Shown here piece by piece: positions 29,146-43,720 of a stretch of 64,000 bases of DNA (positions are counted from its first letter, which is position 1; each line of letters starts with the position of its first letter). The stretch comes from the human T2T-CHM13v2.0 reference genome, Homo sapiens. The notes beneath the pieces are model-generated. The model had not been told where the DNA came from and ran no database searches. It saw only the letters and a list, made by a program, of their open reading frames with translations. The stretch is taken from assembly GCF_009914755.1 (NCBI RefSeq), contig NC_060928.1. One strand, 5' to 3'. Made by a program: the position numbers and the translations under genes.

Positions 29146-30643
29146 CCCGATGAATGAAATGGTTGTATCCGTCTATTGAGCAGCCAGGGCATAGATCTCT
29201 CATTCTCCTGAACACCGGCTCCTTGTGCTTATAGGACTTTAAAGATAACACAGTTTTCCTTGGTTAACCTTTCTTGCATGACATCCAAGGACTTTTTTCT
29301 AATTTTCTTCTGCACATATATACCAAATAGAGATGATGTGTTCTCTCTCTTGCCTTCCAAGTAAAAATCCACTTCAAGACATAATTCCTGCCTTTTAGGA
29401 GACTACTTTCTAGAAGACAAATATAGAAGAAAGGTCAAATGTAAGGTAGACTGTGAAATGTTAATGAAGTATAATATGCAAGAAAGACCAAGGAAGAAAT
29501 TTTGATTTGTGATTAAGAACTTTGGAAGGGGTGGGATTTGAACAGGGCGTCTACAAATAGTGAAGATCATGGAGTTAGAGGAAGAACAACTAGCTTCAGG
29601 GCATGGAATGAGAAAGGCTCTGAGTCAGAAGGACCTGGGTCTTATCTGGAAGTGGCTATCATTTGCATTATTTGCACTGGGTCCAGTGGCTGCAGCTGGA
29701 CGCAGAGTCCCTGAGAAAATCCATGCTTGGAAACTAGACCAGGAATAGTAAGCTGAGACCAGAAATGCCATCTGGGGGTGTTTGGACTCATTTTGTGTGC
29801 AGTAAAAGCCACTGAAAACAAGGGAATCTCGTGTTCCAGATAACTGAGGTGGCCGTATAGAAAGCTGATTATGGCAAGATACCAGCAATAAAAGTCAAGT
29901 AGGAGATAAGTAGTCCAAATGAGAGAGGATGGACACTTAAACCTTAGTAGAAGCAGTGGGATTAGAGATGAGGAGACAGGATTTACTTTTCACTAAATGT
30001 AATATGCCATCAATGATGACACACACCATTTTTAAAAATTATAGCTCATTTAAAAAAGCTGCCAATTCAATGATGACACAATGCTAAGACACTGGCAATG
30101 AAAAAAATGCATCTTTATTTCAGAGGTTAAAAAAGGTGTACATCTTAGAACTGATGAAATACAACAGATAATTTTAGGAAGATGACATTTGCATTTTGGA
30201 CTTGAGCAGTGTGGAGGGTACTGATGCCATTAATAGGAATCATGGGAACATGGGAATGAGAAATGAGCTCCAAAAGAAAAGATGCATTCTCTTTTGGACA
30301 TATTGAGTTGGCTATCTCTAAAAGATATTCATGTGCAGATGTCTGGCAGACTATTAGAAATGCTGGTTTGGAACTCAAGGAAAAAGTTACAAAAAATTGG
30401 ACTAGGTTAATGGATGGACTATTTTGAAGTTAAATCCTATGCTTCAGTATAAATGAAGACATATTTTTTTTTTCTATAACCACTATGAAGTTCCCCTCCC
30501 CCTCCAAATTATAGTATTGTCTTTGGAGTGTTTGATCCACATTGGCAGGGACTGGGATATGGAGAAAGGAGTGAAAAAAGGAGTTTGAGACTACAGGAAA
30601 AGTCATTAGCAATTGCACTTAGAATTGAAAATCATGACAGAAA

Positions 30644-30930
30644 GACCGGTGCAGTGGCTCATGCCTATAATCCCAGAACTTTGGGAGCCTAAGGCAGGTG
30701 ATCGCTTGAGCCCAGGAGTTCAAGACCAGCCTAGGCAACATGGCAAAATCTTGTCTTTACTAAAAATACAAAAAATTAGCCAGGCATGGTTGTGCATGCC
30801 TGTAGTCCCAGCTACTTAGGAGGCTGAGGTAGGAGAATCACCTGGGCCTGGGAAGTCAAGCCTGCAGTGAGCTTTGAATGTGCCACTGGACTCCAGCCTG
30901 GGTGATGGGAGTCGGACCCTGTCACAAAAA

Positions 30931-30961
<31 letters not shown>
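30644..30961 (+). mobile_element. AluJ element
   Basis: AluJ diagnostics gatcgcttgagcccaggagtt and gtcaag-ctgcagtgagc; poly-A tail. Confidence 0.93.
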
Positions 30962-31064
30962 GATCTTCATATAATTGACAATTCATTGAGATATCATATC
31001 CATCCAATCTTGTGCCCTGCAGCCTCTCTTATACCCCTGATATTTCATTCTTAGTACTAGATGA

Positions 31065-31447
31065 GTATATTAATTTGCTCTGATGGCCATAACAAAGTAC
31101 CACAGATTGGATGGCTTAAATAATAGAAATTTATTTTGTCAATTCTGTAGGTTAGAAGTCTGAGATCAAGGTGTGATCAGAGTGGGTTTGTTCTAAGGCC
31201 TGTCTCCTTGGCTCCCAGATGGCTGCCTTTCCCTGCATCTTCACGTGGTCTTTCCCCTGTATGTATCTGTGTCCATATTTTGCCTTTTTATAAGGACACT
31301 GTCGTATTGGATTAGGGCCCCCTCAGATGACCTCATATAACTTAATTACCTTCTTACAGTCACTACAGTCACATTCTGAGTTAGAACGGGTTAGGAGTTC
31401 AAGATACGAATTGGGGGAGGGAGGAGGAGACAATTTAGCTCGTAACA
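31065..31447 (-). mobile_element. MLT1A/B MaLR LTR
   Basis: gccataacaaagtaccacagattggatggcttaaa...aagtctgagatcaaggtg...ggattagggccc...gtaaca. Confidence 0.8.
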
Positions 31448-32379
31448 GTGGGTTAGCCAGCTAAGCCCTTAAATTCTTATTCACGTGTGTTTTGAATGCC
31501 TAGACTTGCTAGCTGAAGTCTAATATCCTCTTTCTGCACCACCACAAACTATTTTTCCAAATTTGTTTCCATAATTATTCTGTGTCTCTGCAGAGGTGGA
31601 AGGTTATATATAGCAGTGCTGTAAAGCTTTTTTTTCCCCAACTTCATTTTTTTTTCCCTTTCCTGTTCCCGAAAAAACAAAAAATGCCATTCTTTGAAGA
31701 AAGAAACCACTTGTTCTCCCTTATCTTTCGTTGAACAGCGTTTAGCAGAATTTGTGACATTACATCAGTTCCTCACTTTTTTCCCTTAGGAATAGACCTT
31801 CAATTACAAACTGTGAGCAAAAAATATATAATAGCAGGAAATACATATTTCAGCTGACGTCTGACTCCTTTTTTTCCATAGTTATAGCTTACCTAGAGGA
31901 TAACTTTCTGTGGAACTAATTCTTAGCATGTATTCCAAACCCAGGTTTATAGGGATTTGGTTGTTTGACAACAGGAAAAAAATACCACCAAATGTATGAA
32001 GTATGAGACCATGCTAGGCTGAAACAGCACTTCTCTTAAAACGTGCCTTCCTCTGGATTGTTTTTGTAGGAAGTTTGTCTTGGCAAGCATTTCAAAAGAA
32101 CTCGCTAGACGCCTCTCTTGTAATTAGCTGGCTTTCTGCTAGAATGTTAGGTCTACCTTCATCTCAAATGGTACAAAAATTAATTCCTCTCTGTCGCTCT
32201 GTCCACAGTATAAAATACTAGATTTCTGAGTAGTTTGATATCTAATTTTTCCTTTCTAAAATTTAACTATATTCAGTTTAAGTTTTTGATTTAACTTAAA
32301 CATAACATTAAAAATAGGATGATTGATATAATGTTATATAGGAATGGTACTTTTCCTCTTTTCCCTCAGTGTTAAAAGA

Positions 32380-32812
32380 ATGGTACTTTTTCCTCACAAA
32401 AACCTATATCCCCAGCCATGGAAAGAATATCAGACAAACCTAAATGGAAGGATATTCTACAAAATACCCGACCAGTATTCTTCAAAACTGTCAAGGCCAT
32501 CAAAAGCAAGGCATATCTGAGAAACAAGGAAAGTCCAGAAAAAGTTAAGGAGACATAATGATTAAATATTATATGGCATTATAGATGGGATCTTAAAACA
32601 GAAAGAGCATATTAGGGAAAAACTAATGAAATCCAAATAAAACATGGATTTAGTTAATAGTAGTGTACCAGTGTTTATTTCTTAACTGTGATAAATGTAG
32701 ATGTACCATAGGAATGTAAGATGTAAGACATGAGTTATACTGAAACTCTGCATATTATCTTTGTAGCTTTCTATAAATCTAAAAACTATTCTAAAATAAA
32801 AAGTTCACTTAA
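32380..32812 (+). mobile_element. L1MC-like 3' UTR fragment
   Basis: atcagacaaacctaaa...attctacaaaatacc...ttcaaaactgtcaagg...aaatctaaaaactattctaaaataaaa. Confidence 0.75.
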
Positions 32813-33829
32813 AGTAGGATGAATGACAATAAAGATAAAAGAGCATAATGCAAGGAAACTATGAAATAGGTAAGGAAATACAGAAGTTATTAATAAATAT
32901 TAAATGTCAGCCTACCACTTGATGTATTTGTGTCAATAAATGGCAGGATACCAGTGAGTCCATTGGCATATTAATCCAATAAACTTTTATAAATGATGAA
33001 TTGGTTGTAAACATTGTGTTTTATAGCATTTGAAAATTCCAAATGGTAACTCCGCACACGATGCTTCTGCTCACATATTTCAGCATCCTGCTTTTAGAAT
33101 CTGCAGAAAGAAATAGTTCATGTCCTTTAGGGAGGTTTAATAAAAAGCAACAGGTGGAAAATGGATTTTGCAGTAGCATGAACAGCCATAACCATAAATA
33201 CTAGTACCTCAGAATTATACCAGCAGAGGACTGTAAACACATTAATCTCCCAGCAGTGCAGAAATTCCATTCTCAGATGTCATCTCAATTTCAGGCACAA
33301 AGATTGAATGCCTCCATTTAAATTCAAAACACTGAAGGAATATGATGATCCTTTTTTTTCATGGGGATTCATGGAGTGAGTTTGCCAGTTTCCTCATCTA
33401 TAAGATGGGGTTGATAAATCCCATCTCAGCATTGTGGGATTAAATGAGATGATATACATAAAATACCTAATATGATGGATGGTACACAGGATGTTTTCAA
33501 TAAATGGTAGTTTACTTTTTATTATGCTCATGAACATTAGGATGGTCTTAGAATCCCAGAACTAGAAGCCACTTAGAGATTTACTTTTTGAAACATTGTT
33601 ATTTTACAAATAAGGAAACTGAGACCAGAAGGCAGTGACTTGCCTGGAGTCAGGCAGCAACTTTGTTCCAGAGTTGGGACTGGAGTGAGTCTTTGTTCCT
33701 CGGGTCCCACTTGGGTGCTTTTTCTAGATCCAGATTTCCTGACAGTACTGCAAACCTACTGTGTGCTAGTGGCTGACACAAAGCTCTCTGCACAATTCCA
33801 ATCCTGGCATCTCTACTTCTGAAGATGCC

Positions 33830-34119
33830 ATTCCTTTTCCTCAGAGGGAATGGGCTTCTCCGCCTCCCTCTCCAATAGGTGTGGCAATCAGCTGTCTTCC
33901 AGTTCCCTTTCACTGCATCAGCATTTCAGCCGCAGCAGCCTGCTTGTGGACAGAGCAGGGGTTGGCAGTGGTGACGACTGTTTTGGGAAAGGAAATGTAA
34001 GGGCATTTCGGCTGCTGTGCTGGGGCTGACGAGGAGCACACAGGAGAGATGCCCCTCCCATCTCCCAGAGTGGGTTGGCTGGAGTTCATTGCGGAGCATG
34101 AGGACGTGTGGGGGTAAGT
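33830..34119 (+). promoter_or_regulatory. LIMCH1: Candidate internal promoter and alternative non-coding first exon of LIMCH1 (exon end 34113)
   Basis: Non-repetitive segment richer in GC and CpG than its flanks, with CCAAT (about 33872) and E-box CAGCTG (about 33888) upstream and a consensus donor GGG|GTAAGT at 34113/34114. The 5' boundary cannot be determined from sequence. Confidence 0.6.
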
Positions 34120-35779
34120 AAAATTCATTATAAAAGAAATACATGCTTAGGGGTATCCATGATGGAAAGAAGGAAGCTATTTAGACTTTAATACTTGGTT
34201 TAAAAAAAAGTGACTTTTTATTCACTTATTAGTATGGCGAAAATAATATGAAAATTACTTTCCTGTGGATTCATCTTGTCCTTTGATAACTGTTAGCACC
34301 TGTTGCTTTTAATTAAGCTTTTTTTTTTTTTTAATTCCCTAAGGAAAGCATTGTTTTTTATTTTCCGGTATGTGGTACAAGACACATAACTCCATTAGTT
34401 TAGTCAAAATAAAAAGGATTTTTGAGAATTTTGAGAATGAGAAGCAACTTGGCTGCATTTTTAAGATGTGGTCCAGCAGCACATGGTGTTGTGGGGGAGA
34501 TGTGGCTGCATTCATGGTGGGGCTGCTTCACCTGAGCCCCTGTCACATTCTGCTCCTGACTCCACAGCCCCCTTTGCTTTTTAAAAACTTCCATTTCTTA
34601 AAATGAGGAGGAAAAGAAGCAAGGAAGACATTGGGGAGGCAGGGAGGAGTCTGGAGGGAAGGGCTGCATCTCCAGCCTTGCCCACTTAGTCCTTGTCCTT
34701 CATAGTCACTATTTACTGCAGGCCGGGAAAGGAATGGGGGTTATTTCTGGACAATTGTCTCATAAAATCCCGTCAGACCCGTCTGAATGCTAAACGTTCC
34801 ATGGCACTGGTTATCTAGGGGAAGAAAATTTTCCTTAGCCAAATTTATGAGGCTGGGTTGAAAATCAGGTTGAAACAGAGCCTGGCGAATCCCTATGGCA
34901 AAATGATTCATCTTTGTGGAGTCGGGAAATCTATTTTTATCACCTTTATTCAGCCAGCTCCTGATTGTGATTCTCTCACTGAGCTACAGCCGTTTTCTTC
35001 ATGGTGCTGAATAGACCAAATGTCTCAGGAGTCTGAAACTTCTCTCCTGCCACTCCCAGAGTGGCTGATTCAGCAGTCCCGGGAGAAGGGGTTTGTCCTG
35101 TGCTGCGCGGGTGGGTTCCGCACAAGGTGAAGGTCAAATAAAACCGAGAGGCTGCAAGTGTCAGCAGCCAGCCTTTGACTCAGGAATCCTGCCTGAGGGT
35201 ATGTGCCACTCTGCTCTCCTGCTCTCTCTGTAAGGTGACTAGAAGGTGACTGGGCAGCCATAACTCCTCCAATTTTGAAGACCTTCCCAAGGGAAGAAGG
35301 GGCAAGAATAAGCCACCCTCCTTACAGCTGCCAATACATCTCCTCAATCTAATCATCGGGCAGAGAGGGACTTCCTAACACCGTTGTATTCATTTTCCCA
35401 TTTCCATTTAGTTCTGTAACTATGCATTCCAGGCTGATACATAGTCCTAGCTGGTTCTTGCTGGAGTCCCAACTAATGCTGAGAGGAGTGGCAATTGTTC
35501 TCTATAATAAAGTTTAAAGGATAAAGATATGGAAGAAGAACTCACTCTTGAGTTTCCTTTTCTAATGGATTCAGCATGCTTACTCTCTGGGAGCTATAAC
35601 AAATGGCAATTAGGAAAGCAACAGGAATGTTGACTAGACAGGAACAGTGACCATGGCTGTTGGGGGTATTCCCTGCACCTGGTATATAGTAGACACTCAA
35701 TAACAATTTGGGAAATGAATGACCAGGATACTGTTCCCCATAGGCTTCAGTTGGCCTTCTTAAGAGCTCTCCTTCAGGA

Positions 35780-35990
35780 CATAGTATGCAGGGCAGCTAG
35801 GAGCTGACATTCTAGAGTGAGATGGCCTGAGTTCAAATCCTGGATTTGCAGCTTCTCAGTTGTGTGCTGATCTTTGGCAGGCAACACAATCGTTTGTTTC
35901 CTCGTCTGTAAAAATGGACATAATATAGTAACTACCTTATGTGGTTTTCATGAAGAGTAAATTAATTAATATAGGTAAAGAGTCTAGATT
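35780..35990 (+). mobile_element. MIR SINE
   Basis: cctgagttcaaatcctgg...gtttcctcgtctgtaaaaatgg...actaccttat. Confidence 0.7.
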
Positions 35991-36219
35991 TTTTTTTCTT
36001 GTCATGTGGTTCAAGATATGAAGAAGAAGAAAAACAGGAGTAGGAAAAGAAGGAGAAAGAGGAGGAGGAGGAACTTTGGCTGTTGGGATAAATTTGGGAC
36101 CCTTTGAGATTTTGGCCCTGCCTTTTAGGTTGAATATTTCCCTAAAATCATGATTCAGTGATTTTTAAACCTTCTCTTGTCCTGTAGAGAGAATAATTTG
36201 AGAATAAAAGAATAAAACG

Positions 36220-36530
<311 letters not shown>

Positions 36531-39500
36531 TTATTGCCAAGAGTTATTGAACTCCTGCTCCTTGCCAGGTACTAACCATATTCAGTGTTGAAACAAACTG
36601 TCAGTCCTTGCCCTGATGGACGCTGCAGTTGACTTTCAAGGGCTGCTGGGCAGTGTGAATTCAATGGCTCAGCGAACACAGCTGCTACGTTCCTTGTTCT
36701 CTACCTTTTAAAAAGGAATGTTGAGTAGATCTAGAAGGATGAAGCTTTAAACTTAGCTCCCAACAGGAAATGAGGAGTGAGGAAGTAGGGAGAGATTTGT
36801 GTGTGTGTGGAGTAGCAGATGAAGTCTAACTGTACAGCAGTATAAAGGCAGTGAAAGAAATGTAGACGTGGGCATTGGATTGAACCATGAAACTGAAGGG
36901 AAATCCAAAGCAGTAATGTATCATCAACCTGTGAAATGTAAAGAAGCACAGGTAAGTAGTGAAAGAATGAAGGAACCAAAGCAGTTGTTGTAATGATATA
37001 AAATAAGAGCCATAGCTTATTAGACCCTTAGAGTCCCAAAGCCCAGCCTTGAGAGTGTAGATTCGGGAAGGCTGGATTCCTTTGGCATCCTCTCTTTTCA
37101 GCTCTGGGTACTGCCGCAGCAGGTGAGCTTGTGTTTGGTCCCTTTCAGAGTCTGGAGTCTCCCATCTCTTGGAAATACAAGGATATGTATGAGCTACCAA
37201 CTCCCATCTGGCTTTACTGGTCTGTGAAACATTCTATTTTAATTTGGTGAATCCTTTTTTGACTCTAGAGATCTTCAGCAGTACCTGCCCTTCACACCGT
37301 TTCCTCACCTTTGCCAGATCTGCTTTTGAGTAGCAGTTTTATCCCTAGATGTCTTATAGCCCAGACCTGGTAAATCACCAATGTGAATTATAGAACAGGA
37401 TCATTTTTCATCCTGCTTTCATCCCAGTGGCTGGATTAATTTTTGGATCTCTGCTTTCTGTAAGCAGTCATTTCTTCCACAGCAGCCATCTGTGAAGAAA
37501 CAGAGCTTACGAAATGACTGGGGCATGTTTTACATGGCTGTGCTCAGTTCCTTCTGTTTGATTCCCATGTAAGCTTTGGCAGTGATTTCCACAAGCGTTT
37601 CTGTGGGAGGTGCTGGAGAATGACTTTGGTAAACAGCCCCTTGGCTATTGTTGGCCCTTTCCCTGCAAATACCATAAAGGACACAACTTGAAAAGTCGCT
37701 CTGGTTTCTGAGCCCCTCCTAGGGCCCACCCCAGGTCCGACATCTGAAAAGCCGAACTCAGCCATGCTTGTGGTAGAGCAGCGATGTGGACTGCGTCTGT
37801 GTTTGCCTGACTTCTGCTGGGCCACTCTGGGCTGGATGGGAGCTCTGACCATAGAGCTTACTCCCCTCCCCTCATTACACATCCTGGGATTTTCACACTA
37901 GCCCTCAATCTGTTGGAGTCTTTTTAGGTAGAATCTCATTTCATCTTCCTCGTTTCCGTTTCAGGTTTTCATTCCAAGAATGGAATGGCTGGTTCCATTG
38001 AGAACCAGCCTTAGGAGTTCTCAGTGTATTGATTTTATTTACACTGCTAGTGTTACATTTTGCTTTTAGGAATATGGAAAAGCTTAGGGAATTTTTGGAC
38101 ATGTGTTTTTCTCTCTTTCTTTCTTTTCTTTTTTTTTTTCCTGATGGCCAGAGGTTTCTGCTCTCAAATTACTCAGTCAGGGTAATTAAGGACTAAAAAA
38201 ATGTGAATGTGTGAATTTAACAGTAAAAACTTAAAGGAAGGAAAAAATACCTTCCTTATAGGAAGAAGAGAAAAATGCATATAAATAAACTTGTTAGAAA
38301 GAGAAAACTGATTTACCAGCAACTGAACTCCCTTTTGTTTCTTGATTTTTTTGCCTTTAAATAGGCTGTGCTATTTCCTGAAGTTGACCCATTTTCCTTG
38401 CTTCTGCCAACACTCCCTTAAGATAAGTATTTATAAAGTTTATTCCACGTTGATATTTCAATTGTTTCCAGAAATCCATCCCATCATAGCAGCTTCCCTA
38501 CTGCCAGGGAACCTGACCTCAGTATTTCCTGAAGTCAGAGGATGGTCTTATATGTATGTAAGTGCAGGTATCTACAGTAAGAGAGAACAACTTGCTATAT
38601 AGGGCTCATATGAGTCAACGCCAATAAATTGAAAATAAGAACTGAAAAAATTGTAACATTGTCCTCACATTATTTTTAAAGCATTATCTGTTTCGATGCT
38701 GGCAAAACTGATTATCTTATATAATGGCCAAAGGAACTGTTCACTTTCAAGAAATAAGCAACTAGCCTGTCTTTGTTTTCATCAGCATGTTTTTTGGTGA
38801 CTAATATGTTGATTTGATGAAAGCTAATTGCACAAACATGCGGTTTGTGGGGAAGAAGGTAACGCATGGAACTATGTCTAAGAGATGTGGGTGTTCATTC
38901 CATTGGTGGATCCAGCACTTTCTTCCTCAATAAAGAGTATTTGTTCCTAAAATAACTGGTGTCCTTCAAGGCACAGAATGTCTAACTCAGCTGAAGGTAT
39001 TTAATTTATATTATAAATGTACATATATATTTTATGAATTTTAATAGAAATATATTAATTTACATTTATAAGTTTAAACATAAAAACATAAAATACATGA
39101 AATATGTTTGAGTGTATTGTTAGGGACATCTCTGAGCTCCTGTGGAGATAGTGTTTTTTCCCTAACATAACTTACATTTAAGAAAATTGGATTTTTCATG
39201 AAATTTACTCAAGTAAGACTGTAGGCTGAGTTTAATATATATGACAACTAAACTTTCGGCCCATATTGCACCAAATTAAAGCTTTCTTCTTTGTCTTTGA
39301 GCACAAGAATGAAAGCTGGCATACTGTCCGGTAGACTGAAATGTGTCCTCATGGTCATTTTGACCACCTTATGAGCATGATTAATTGACAACATGTTGTT
39401 ACTATCTTAATTCTTTGGTCTGAGTCTCAGCTCCCGTGTCAGACCTCTGAGTCCCAAACATAGCGCCACAGTCTGGGTCTTCACATCTTGGCCAGGTTTC

Positions 39501-41725
39501 TGTTAAAAAAACAAAGGCGCCTCTGTGTTATACTTTTATGGAGCACATGTGGTGTGTATTTATTTTGTGATAGGTTTTTATCACTTGGTAGAAAGATGTT
39601 ACTGTATCTTAAGTGAACGATTGTTTCACCCTGTTGCTCCACAGACCCTAGTTGTTTCTTTAAAATGGGCGATGGATTTTTAGGGGCGTATTCACAAACC
39701 TGCCATGAAAGTCTTTCTTCTCCAGATGTTTACTTCTATATTTTTATGTGAAATTCAACTTTTTCACCTATGGACATGCTTCCCTGCAGCAAATAACATG
39801 ACAAACTCTTTGCCTTTATATTGTCTTTATATTTCAGATACCCCCCCACCCCCACCGAGCCTTCTCAATTCCAAACCTGTGATTATGCTGGATGCTTTAC
39901 GTGTTATGCTCCGGCTTGTAATGGGCCAACTGAAAGATAAACTGCTATTAAATAAATCTATGACTCTTTTGAGAACAAATAGAGCTGTTGAAAGAGTTTA
40001 AAAACATAGTGACTCCTCGAAAGACTGTGAACATTCTTGAACCCTTTGAATCAAAGTGAATTTTCTTCACTCTCTGTGTGTGGGTATACACTGAAACTTA
40101 TAAGAAAGAACCTCAGTAGCAAGATATTTGAAGGCTTTTGTGTTCTTAACCCTGCAAGGTTTTTCTTGGCAAGACTTGAAGAAAATGTAGCTGTCGTCTA
40201 TTTTCTGCTCCTGTCGAGGGGAGCAGTTGAGTCTGGGAGGCCTCTAATGTGTCAGAGAGAAGCCTGCAGAGTAGAGAAGAGCCCAGAAGCCTCCAGGTGC
40301 CCAGTGGTTCCCTAATTATTCCATTACCTAGTTACCTGGTTTTCTATTACCTAGTTACCTAGTTATTCCATTCCATTCCACCTCCTCTCCAAGCAAGGCT
40401 GGGTGGTTCTTCTATTTTGATCTCTTCTCATGTGTCTCTGTTGCTGTGGAGCTGCAACATCAAAGCCTACCCCAGACCACACGTGTCTTCTGTTGCCACC
40501 ACGTTTCCCTCTGGACACTGGATCAGCCTTACTGCCATTAGGATGCTTATGCTTCCTAGAAAGCCTCATTTATCTGTGCTGGGGCAGCTGCTGAGGACTA
40601 CACAAGATTCACTGTCATGGGTTTAGCTTTCAGGGACTCCCCAACTTGCCTAAGTTACCTCTTGGGTCCTTGATTGAAACTCCAGTTGCCAAGTAATGAA
40701 GATACAGAATTTTGCATTGATCTCTCTTCCCTTTTCCATCTTTCCTGTTTCCATTCTGAAAGGAACTGCTCTGAACTGGCAAATGCCTACAGGGACTTCA
40801 GTGTCATAGGACAGGCTACTTTGACTCCTTTGTATAACCTCAAAGTCACTGCCAATACAAGGGTAAAACAGATTCTGTTCTTTGTACTCAAATTCAGTGT
40901 GATGTGAGTTGGAATGCTAAGAAAAACTTAAGAGATATTTTTAGCAAAAATGAAATATTTTGATGCCTATCGCTCACCTGAAAATTTTCCCAGATTTGCC
41001 ATTTCTAGATTTTTAGCAGCTTCACAAAGGGGTATTGTGTTTGAGTCGGAAGAGAAAAATGTTTTTATTTCCTGTCCTTGACGTTTAGTGGAATTGATAA
41101 AAAGCATCAAGGATCTTTGAGTTCTGGATCTCCTGCAAAAAAACACATTATGTAAGAAAGGACTTGAGTGTTTTTTTCCTGTTCGTCAGTACGAGGGGAG
41201 AGTTACTGTGGAAAGTGAAGGGCAGTGATCATCAGGAATGGAAAACAAAGAGCTTTGCTAGAAAATCACAGCAAGGGTGATCAAGCAGTTACCCTATTAT
41301 CTGGCTCTAAACTTAATGTTGACCTCGACAACGACTTTTACATCCTCCCCCCAAACAGGCTCCTTTACTCATTCCTGAAAGGACACTGTTGCAACTTGAG
41401 TTATAGGGTTGTTGGAGCTACCTGATGTTTTATTAAATGGTTATTTAATCAATAAATGAGTGAGTGATCATCTCTTATGGTTGATCAGAAAGTATTCATT
41501 TAAAAAGTCATAGGTTTAACTTTTTTAAAAGTCAAGTCAGCACAGAGCTTATGTATTTAAGCAGTTGGAAGTCAAAATATTAATATGTTCAGTCAAGAAT
41601 ATCCATTTCGTTTCATACTTACTTGGCAGTTTAATTTTTTTTTGGCCATAGTTTACATGGTCCAACTGTTAGGTTGCTTAAATTTGCCAATATGAAATAT
41701 TAACATTGGGGTGAATGCTTTATGA

Positions 41726-42328
<603 letters not shown>

Positions 42329-42604
42329 TAGCCCCATCATTCAGTCTCTTTGTTCCTAAGTCTTTCAGATGCTTTAACCACACTATTTTCTTACCTGATT
42401 TTCTGTTCCACTTAGCATGTTATTCCAGGCAATGAATGTGTTGCTTCCCCTGTGATAGATTATGGCACTAAAATAGTAATGAGCTTTAGTACAATCAGAG
42501 CAAAAATTACTCTCCTAGGTAAGCCCCATTCTTCCCCTAGCTCAATTCAGTGTTCCATTAGCCACAGAAATGCCAAGGATTCCACATACCTACATATATA
42601 TATG

Positions 42605-42674
42605 GAGAGAGAGAGAGACAAGCGAGAGAGAGAAAGAGAGAGAGAGGTTGAGACCGAGATTGAGACAGAGAGAG
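42605..42674. repeat. Imperfect (GA)n tract
   Basis: Read directly from the sequence. Confidence 0.85.
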
Positions 42675-42776
42675 CTAGTTCCCTGTCAGGTCTTTACTAC
42701 TGGAAGAGTCAAAGATTTGCAAATGGAGATTTTTCTTTGCATCTTCTTCTTCCTATTATCCTTTTTTGTAAACAAT

Positions 42777-43190
42777 GTTTATTTTATTTTTAATTGACAA
42801 GTAATAATTATATATATTTCTGGGATACAAGGTGATGAGGTGATGTTATGATGTCTATACAATGTGGAATGATCAAATCAGGCTAATTAACTGTCAGCTT
42901 GCTGACTTATTTCTTTGTGGTGAGAACATTTAAAATCTACTCTTCACACAATTTTGACATATACATTATTATCAGCTATAGTCGCTGTGCTGTCTAATAG
43001 ATCACTGGAACATACTCCTCCTGTCTAACTGGAATTTCGTGTGCTTTGACTAACATGTCACCTTTCTTCACCCACCTGTTACCTCCTCCTTAGCCTCCGG
43101 TAACCCCCATTCTACTCTCTACCTCTATGAGTTTGGCTTTTTTAGATTCCAAGTATAAGTGAGATCATGTGGTATCTGTCTTCCTGTGCT
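42777..43190 (-). mobile_element. L1MA 3' end
   Basis: tttaattgaca...aatgtggaatgatcaaatcaggctaattaac...tttagattcc...ataagtgagatcatg. Confidence 0.85.
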
Positions 43191-43224
43191 TTTTATTCTT
43201 AAAGATATTAACTGCAGAGGCCCA

Positions 43225-43616
43225 GCTTCATCCCCTGTCTTAGCCACTTCCCAGCCCAAGGTGACCTTGGGCTAATAATTTAAGTTTCGCATTTTTTCAT
43301 CTGTAAAATGATGATTAACTATAGTATTGACCTTATAAGACCATAGTAAGGATTAAATGAGCTAATATATAATAAAATATACAGATATTATAAATATATA
43401 CATATATAATATATACAGATATAAATATATACATATATAATATATGTATGTTATATATACATATATAATAGTATACACATATATACATATATAATATATA
43501 CATAAATAATATATAAAAATATAAAAATATAAACATACATATAATATACATATATTATAAATAAATACAATATAATATACATTATAAATACATATAATGT
43601 TTTATGATATATAATT

Positions 43617-43671
<55 letters not shown>

Positions 43672-43720
43672 AGTGAGTACATTACCTAGTGCATGGTATG
43701 TGCTCAGAAAAAGATGACTA
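43225..43720 (+). mobile_element. MIR split by an AT-rich expansion of about 300 bp
   Basis: The MIR core catctgtaaaatg...aggattaaatgagctaatat resumes as aaacagtg...cctagtgcatggtatgtgctcag after the AT tract. Confidence 0.7.
43365..43668. repeat. AT-rich low-complexity tract ending in (TG)n(TA)21
   Basis: Read directly; pure TA run at 43627-43668. Confidence 0.95.
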
